Shown: positions 27,972 through 32,321 of the stretch, piece after piece
Numbering within the stretch: position 1 is the stretch's first letter
Layout of the letters: the number at the start of each line of letters is the position of its first letter
Source: an uncultured Clostridia bacterium
GTDB taxonomy: Bacteria; Bacillota; Clostridia; TANB77; CAG-508
Length of the DNA stretch: 32,321 nt
Assembly: GCA_944386125.1 (NCBI GenBank)
Contig: CALWZX010000003.1
Location: 1 to 32,321 of the forward strand
Direction of reading: 5' to 3'
Program-made: the position numbers and the translations under genes
Notes under the pieces: model-generated
Told to the model about the DNA's origin: nothing
The model's database searches: none
Seen by the model: the letters and a program-made list of their open reading frames with translations, nothing else

Positions 27972-28002
27972 GATTAACACTCTTCGTTAGTCCTATTTTT
28001 TA
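27969..28002 (+). terminator. Intrinsic terminator
   Basis: taggattaac / gttagtccta stem plus U-tract. Confidence 0.75.
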
Positions 28003-28080
28003 TTTTATATAGTATGATGGGCAAAAAAATAATGCGTTCCAAATATTTTGAAATACACTATTTTTAATACTTTTAAATTC

Positions 28081-28157
28081 TGGTAGCGAGAAATGGATTC
28101 GAACCATCGACCCACTGGGTATGAACCAGTTGCTCTAGCCAACTGAGCTATCTCGCC
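28081..28157 (-). tRNA. tRNA-Met (CAT), elongator type
   Basis: GGCGAGA acceptor, TAGCTCAG..GG..AGAGC D arm, ACTGG-TTCATAC-CCAGT anticodon arm, GGTTCGAATCC T arm, encoded CCA; 77 nt. Confidence 0.96.
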
Positions 28158-28175
28158 ATATGCAGAACGATTTAT

Positions 28176-28204
28176 ATTATAATCGTTCTTCCTATATTTG
28201 TCAA
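28176..28204 (-). promoter_or_regulatory. Consensus SigA promoter of tRNA-Met
   Basis: Perfect TTGACA-17 nt-TATAAT. Confidence 0.85.
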
Positions 28205-28232
28205 TATAAATATAAAAAATTTTTATAGAAGT

Positions 28233-28607
28233 TTATAATTCTTGTTCTTTATCTACATCTCTTGCTTTTTCTTTTGTTGTAACTTTTGGAATATTTACTT
28301 CTTCTTTTTTATTTTCTTCCACATCTGCAGTCTGTATTGCTATACCTTTTCTTTTTTGTTTTTTCGTTTCTGGAGTTCCTTCTTGTTCTCTTTTTTCCTC
28401 TTGCATTATTTCCATTTTCTTTACTTCTTTTTTTGACTCTTCTAATTCTTTTTTATCTTGATTAGAAATTCTTGTATCACTCGAAATAAATTTTTCAGAG
28501 ATATCTTCTTCTTGGTCTTGAATATCTTCTTCTAAAAAGAATCTTTTAAAAAAATCTAATAATCTATGTTGTTTTACTACATTACTTGTTTGACTCATTT
28601 CTTTCAT
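28233..28607 (-). CDS. Hypothetical highly charged protein
   Basis: 124-aa E/K-rich ORF with promoter TTGCAT-17-TACAAT at 28666-28694. Confidence 0.65.
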   Translation of the reverse strand: MKEMSQTSNVVKQHRLLDFFKRFFLEEDIQDQEEDISEKFISSDTRISNQDKKELEESKKEVKKMEIMQEEKREQEGTPETKKQKRKGIAIQTADVEENKKEEVNIPKVTTKEKARDVDKEQEL

Positions 28608-28716
28608 ATTTTTTAACTACATCTATAATGTAGTATTCCTCCTTTTACATTTATTAACAATTACTATTGTAACATAGAAATATGAAAAATGCAAGTTATT
28701 TATGTAACCTTCGATT

Positions 28717-28745
28717 AAAAAAGCACTTTTTTTTAGTGCTTTTTT
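28717..28745 (-). terminator. Terminator of dnaG-sigA
   Basis: aaaaaagcact / agtgctttttt. Confidence 0.75.
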
Positions 28746-29865
28746 AATTCATGTAGTCTTTCAATTTCTTACTTCTACTTGGATGTCTTAATTTTCTTAA
28801 TGCTTTAGCTTCTATTTGTCTTATTCTTTCTCTAGTTACTTGAAATTCCTTTCCTACCTCTTCCAAAGTTCTCGCTTTTCCATCTTCTAGTCCAAATCTT
28901 AATTTTAGTACTTTTGCTTCTCTAGGTGTTAGTGTATTCATTACTTCCTCTAATTGTTCCTTTAATAACGTATATGCAGCAGAATCTTGTGGAGCAGGAC
29001 TATCATCATCTTGTATAAAATCTCCCAAATGACTATCATCTTCTTCTCCTATTGGAGTTTCTAATGAAACTGGATCTTGTGCAATTTTTTGAATTTCCAT
29101 AACCTTTTCTACTGAAATTTCCATTTCTTTTGCAATTTCTTCTGGTGTTGGCTCTCTTCCTAATTGTTGTAATAGATGTCTTGAAGTACGAATTAATTTA
29201 TTAATCGTTTCTACCATGTGTACAGGTATTCGAATCGTTCTTGCTTGATCTGCAATAGCTCTAGTAATAGCTTGTCTAATCCACCATGTAGCATAAGTAC
29301 TAAATTTAAATCCTTTTGTATAATCAAATTTTTCTACTGCTTTTATTAATCCCATATTTCCTTCTTGAATTAAATCAAGAAACAACATTCCTCTTCCAAC
29401 ATATTTTTTTGCAATGCTTACTACTAATCTTAAGTTAGACTCTGTTAATTTTTGTTTTGCTACTTCGTCTCCTTTTAAAACTCTTTTAGCTAAATCTAAT
29501 TCTTCTTCATAAGATAATAAAGGAATTCTTCCAATTTCTCTTAAATACATTCTAACTGGGTCATCAACATTAATTCCATCCATATTGGTAAGATCAATGT
29601 CTTCTAATTGGATATCTTCTACTTCTTGCAAATCTTCTATTTCTGGTTCATCTAAATCTTCTTGTAAAATATTAACTCCTAAATCTTCAAAAGCATCAAA
29701 TACTTTATCTATTTGCTCCGGATTTACATCATCCAATTCACTTGCTAGTTCTCCATAAGTAATTTTTCCTTTTGATTTTGCTTTTTCTATAATTTCTTTT
29801 ACTTTTTTATCATTTACCGCATTATTTTCTTGCTTTAATTCCTTTGTCTCTTCAGACTCTTTCAT
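28744..29865 (-). CDS. sigA: RNA polymerase primary sigma factor SigA/RpoD
   Basis: [58 protein letters not shown]. Confidence 0.99.
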   Translation of the reverse strand: MKESEETKELKQENNAVNDKKVKEIIEKAKSKGKITYGELASELDDVNPEQIDKVFDAFEDLGVNILQEDLDEPEIEDLQEVEDIQLEDIDLTNMDGINVDDPVRMYLREIGRIPLLSYEEELDLAKRVLKGDEVAKQKLTESNLRLVVSIAKKYVGRGMLFLDLIQEGNMGLIKAVEKFDYTKGFKFSTYATWWIRQAITRAIADQARTIRIPVHMVETINKLIRTSRHLLQQLGREPTPEEIAKEMEISVEKVMEIQKIAQDPVSLETPIGEEDDSHLGDFIQDDDSPAPQDSAAYTLLKEQLEEVMNTLTPREAKVLKLRFGLEDGKARTLEEVGKEFQVTRERIRQIEAKALRKLRHPSRSKKLKDYMN

Positions 29866-29876
29866 TTTTATACCCC

Positions 29877-31658
29877 CTATTTAATCTTTGCCAATTGAAT
29901 AATAATATTGTTTAATTCCTGTTCTAAATTTGATGTATTTTCTAATGATTGATTATTTTCTAATTGTTTAATAATCTCATTTCTTCTTGCTACTAATTTT
30001 TCTTTTTTATATATGTTTACTATATCTTCTATACATTTATGTAATTCTGTTATTTCAAAATCATATGCCAATATCCATGAAATATAATTAATTATCTCTT
30101 GTGTATCAAACCAGTTTAAAACATTTTCTGTATTAGTATTTCCTTTTTCGAATTCTTCATACAACTTTTTTACTATCTGTCGATTTCTTTCATTTTTTAG
30201 AACATCTACTGGTATATTTTCCTTTAAAGTTGAATAAGTTTCTTGTGGATAATTGATTAATAAGTAAATAACCAATCTCTCAGTTTTACTTTCTTGGTCA
30301 TTTATTATCATTTCTTTTTCCGAGGTAATTTGAGGTTTTGCTTTTTGTAGCTTATTTACATTAGATATGTTTTTTTGTTGTATTTTAGAAATTTCTGCAT
30401 AAACAGCCTCTTTTGTAATTTTATATTGAAGACTAATTTGTTCAATATAAACTTCTCTTTCTATTTCATTAGTAACACTAGATAAAATTTTGGCAATTTC
30501 TTTTAAAAATTTGATTTTATCATTAGCAATTTCTAAGTTCAAACCTTGTTTTAATATTTTTACTTTATATTCTACCAAAGAAATAGATTTGTCTACACAT
30601 TTTTGAAATCTTTCTGGACCATATTTAACTACATATTCATCTGGATCTTTTGCTCCTTCTATTTGTAAAATACGGACATCACATCCTAGGTTCTGCAAAA
30701 TTTCTAGTCCTCTCATTGTAGCTGCTTGTCCTGCTCCATCTGCATCATAACCTATAATAATTTGTTCGGCACTATTTCTCAAAAGTCTTCCCTGTGCTTC
30801 TGTCATAGCTGTACCTAAAGACGCTACTGCATAATCAATCCCCCTTTGATGCAAGGAAATGGCATCCATATAACCTTCCACAATCAGTAATTTTTTAGAA
30901 TTGGATTTTTTAGCAATATTCATACCAAATAAATGTCGACCTTTACTATACACAATATTTTCTGATGAATTTATATATTTGGGCTTACTATCATCTAATA
31001 CTCTACCTCCAAAGGCAATCACTCTATCTCTTATGTCTTGAATGGTAAACATAAGTCTTCCACGAAATCTGTCAATATAACGTCCATCATTTGTTCTATT
31101 CACTAACGTAGAGGCTAATATTTCTTTATCGGAAAACCCTTTTGATTTTAAATACTGGTATAATTCATTACTGTTATTTGGTGAATAACCTATTAAGAAT
31201 TTTTTTAATGTTTGATTATCTAACTTTCTTTTTTTTACATACTCTTGTGCTGGTTTTGCTGACTGCTTATATAAATTCTCATGATAAAATTGTGCTGTTA
31301 ATTTATTGATTTCATAAACTTTTGACTTTAACATCATTTTTTCATTATCTTCATTATTTTCTAATGTTGGTAATTCTACTCCAGATTTTTCGGCTAACAT
31401 TTGTACAGTTTCTATAAAACTCATATTTTCTATTTTACTGATAAAATGAAAAACATTTCCTCCTACACCGCACCCAAAACAATGAAAAATTTGCTTGTCT
31501 GGAGAAACAGCAAATGATGGTGATTTTTCTTTATGAAAAGGGCATAATCCAAAAAAATTTCTGCCACTTCTTTTTAATATAACATATTGTGATATAACAT
31601 CTACAATATCATTTCGATTTTTAATTTCATCAATTAACTCATCACTATATCTTACCAT
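29877..31658 (-). CDS. dnaG: DNA primase
   Basis: CPFH..K.PSF...CFGC zinc finger, FGGR, KYINS, EGYMD, YDADGAG, KDPDE. Confidence 0.98.
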   Translation of the reverse strand: MVRYSDELIDEIKNRNDIVDVISQYVILKRSGRNFFGLCPFHKEKSPSFAVSPDKQIFHCFGCGVGGNVFHFISKIENMSFIETVQMLAEKSGVELPTLENNEDNEKMMLKSKVYEINKLTAQFYHENLYKQSAKPAQEYVKKRKLDNQTLKKFLIGYSPNNSNELYQYLKSKGFSDKEILASTLVNRTNDGRYIDRFRGRLMFTIQDIRDRVIAFGGRVLDDSKPKYINSSENIVYSKGRHLFGMNIAKKSNSKKLLIVEGYMDAISLHQRGIDYAVASLGTAMTEAQGRLLRNSAEQIIIGYDADGAGQAATMRGLEILQNLGCDVRILQIEGAKDPDEYVVKYGPERFQKCVDKSISLVEYKVKILKQGLNLEIANDKIKFLKEIAKILSSVTNEIEREVYIEQISLQYKITKEAVYAEISKIQQKNISNVNKLQKAKPQITSEKEMIINDQESKTERLVIYLLINYPQETYSTLKENIPVDVLKNERNRQIVKKLYEEFEKGNTNTENVLNWFDTQEIINYISWILAYDFEITELHKCIEDIVNIYKKEKLVARRNEIIKQLENNQSLENTSNLEQELNNIIIQLAKIK

Positions 31659-31691
31659 TTTAGGTTACCTTTCTTTAATTATACTTATATT

Positions 31692-31719
31692 ATTCGACAT
31701 AATAAACATAAATCCTTCT
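31692..31719 (-). promoter_or_regulatory. SigH-type promoter of dnaG-sigA
   Basis: GAAGGATTT-N11-GTCGAAT; the -10 also forms a TGTCGAA 0A box; SigH promoters drive the sigA operon in Bacillus. Confidence 0.65.
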
Positions 31720-31773
31720 ATTTATGTAATGTGTATTATTATTTTTTTCGTAAAAAAAAGAAACTTTTGTATA

Positions 31774-32321
31774 TGAAGTGAACCCAAATTATTAGACAAA
31801 AAAAGTTTAATAAGGAGGGTTCATTTTATGTCTAAATATTCAAATGAATTTAAATTAGAAGTAGTAAAGTATTGTATAGAGGGACATCATGGTTTTAAAT
31901 CAACAGCTGATCATTTTAATATACCAGCTAAATCAACTGTACAAAAATGGTGTAGAAAATACGAATTACACGGAGAAAAAGGATTGTTAAAAAATTTAAA
32001 AACTTCATATAGTGGAGAATTTAAACAAAATGTGATAGAATATATGCATACAAACCATTTATCATGTTTAGAAACAGCAATTCACTTTAATCTTGGAAAT
32101 ACTGATATTGTTGGTAAATGGGAACGTATATATTATGAGGAAGGACCACATGCACTCTACAAAGAGCAACGTGGAAGAAAGAAAAATATGAGTTCTAAAC
32201 CAAGAAAAAAGAAATTATCTAAAGAAGTAGAAGAAGACTTAATTGCAGAGAATCAAAGACTTAGAATGGAGAATGCATACTTAAAAAAATTGCAAGCCTT
32301 AGTTCAGGAAAGGACAAAGCC
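31774..32321 (+). mobile_element. IS3 family (IS150 group) insertion sequence, left end, truncated by the window
   Basis: Left IR TGAAGTGAACCCAAATTATTAGACA beginning with TG; followed by OrfA. Confidence 0.9.
31828..32321 (+). CDS. IS150-type transposase OrfA (partial, runs off the window)
   Basis: MSKYSNEFKLEVVKY...STVQKWCRKYELHGEKGL...YSGEFKQNVIEYM...LIAENQRLRMENAYLKKLQALVQER: duplicated HTH plus leucine zipper. Confidence 0.9.
   Translation, partial: MSKYSNEFKLEVVKYCIEGHHGFKSTADHFNIPAKSTVQKWCRKYELHGEKGLLKNLKTSYSGEFKQNVIEYMHTNHLSCLETAIHFNLGNTDIVGKWERIYYEEGPHALYKEQRGRKKNMSSKPRKKKLSKEVEEDLIAENQRLRMENAYLKKLQALVQERTK

Noticed and set aside
28081-28157. Initiator tRNA-fMet, tRNA-Ile2, or an integration site
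   Set aside because: No C1:A72 mismatch or GGG/CCC anticodon stem; the TTCATAC loop fits elongator Met; no duplicated tRNA 3' end or integrase nearby

Overview
Low-GC (roughly 28-30%, by eye) chromosomal segment of a spore-forming Clostridia-like Firmicute. It is mostly housekeeping and sporulation genes: uvrC, glmS with its ribozyme, bofA-like, yaaL-like, spoIIID, trmB, proS, scpB, an LCP protein, pdaB-like, murI, rpsF-ssb-rpsR with an S6:S18 leader, tRNA-Met and dnaG-sigA. An IS3/IS150-type element starts at the right edge. The most unusual items are: (1) a self-contained small transcription unit (10091-10370), absent from the ORF track, whose 57-codon ORF is almost entirely one long RNA rod; (2) a pilin-like gene with a C-terminal FGE/C-type-lectin (DGR-target-like) domain, broken by one in-frame TAA; (3) a 56-bp promoter cassette with a TGTAAT-N5-TGTAAC box, found upstream of that gene and again at the window start; (4) a SpaA-like surface protein ending in a bare LPRTGF with no membrane anchor; (5) a Cys/His hexapeptide-repeat protein under a SigK-like promoter. 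No CRISPR array, reverse transcriptase or prophage was seen. All family assignments come from motif recognition by eye, not from database searches.
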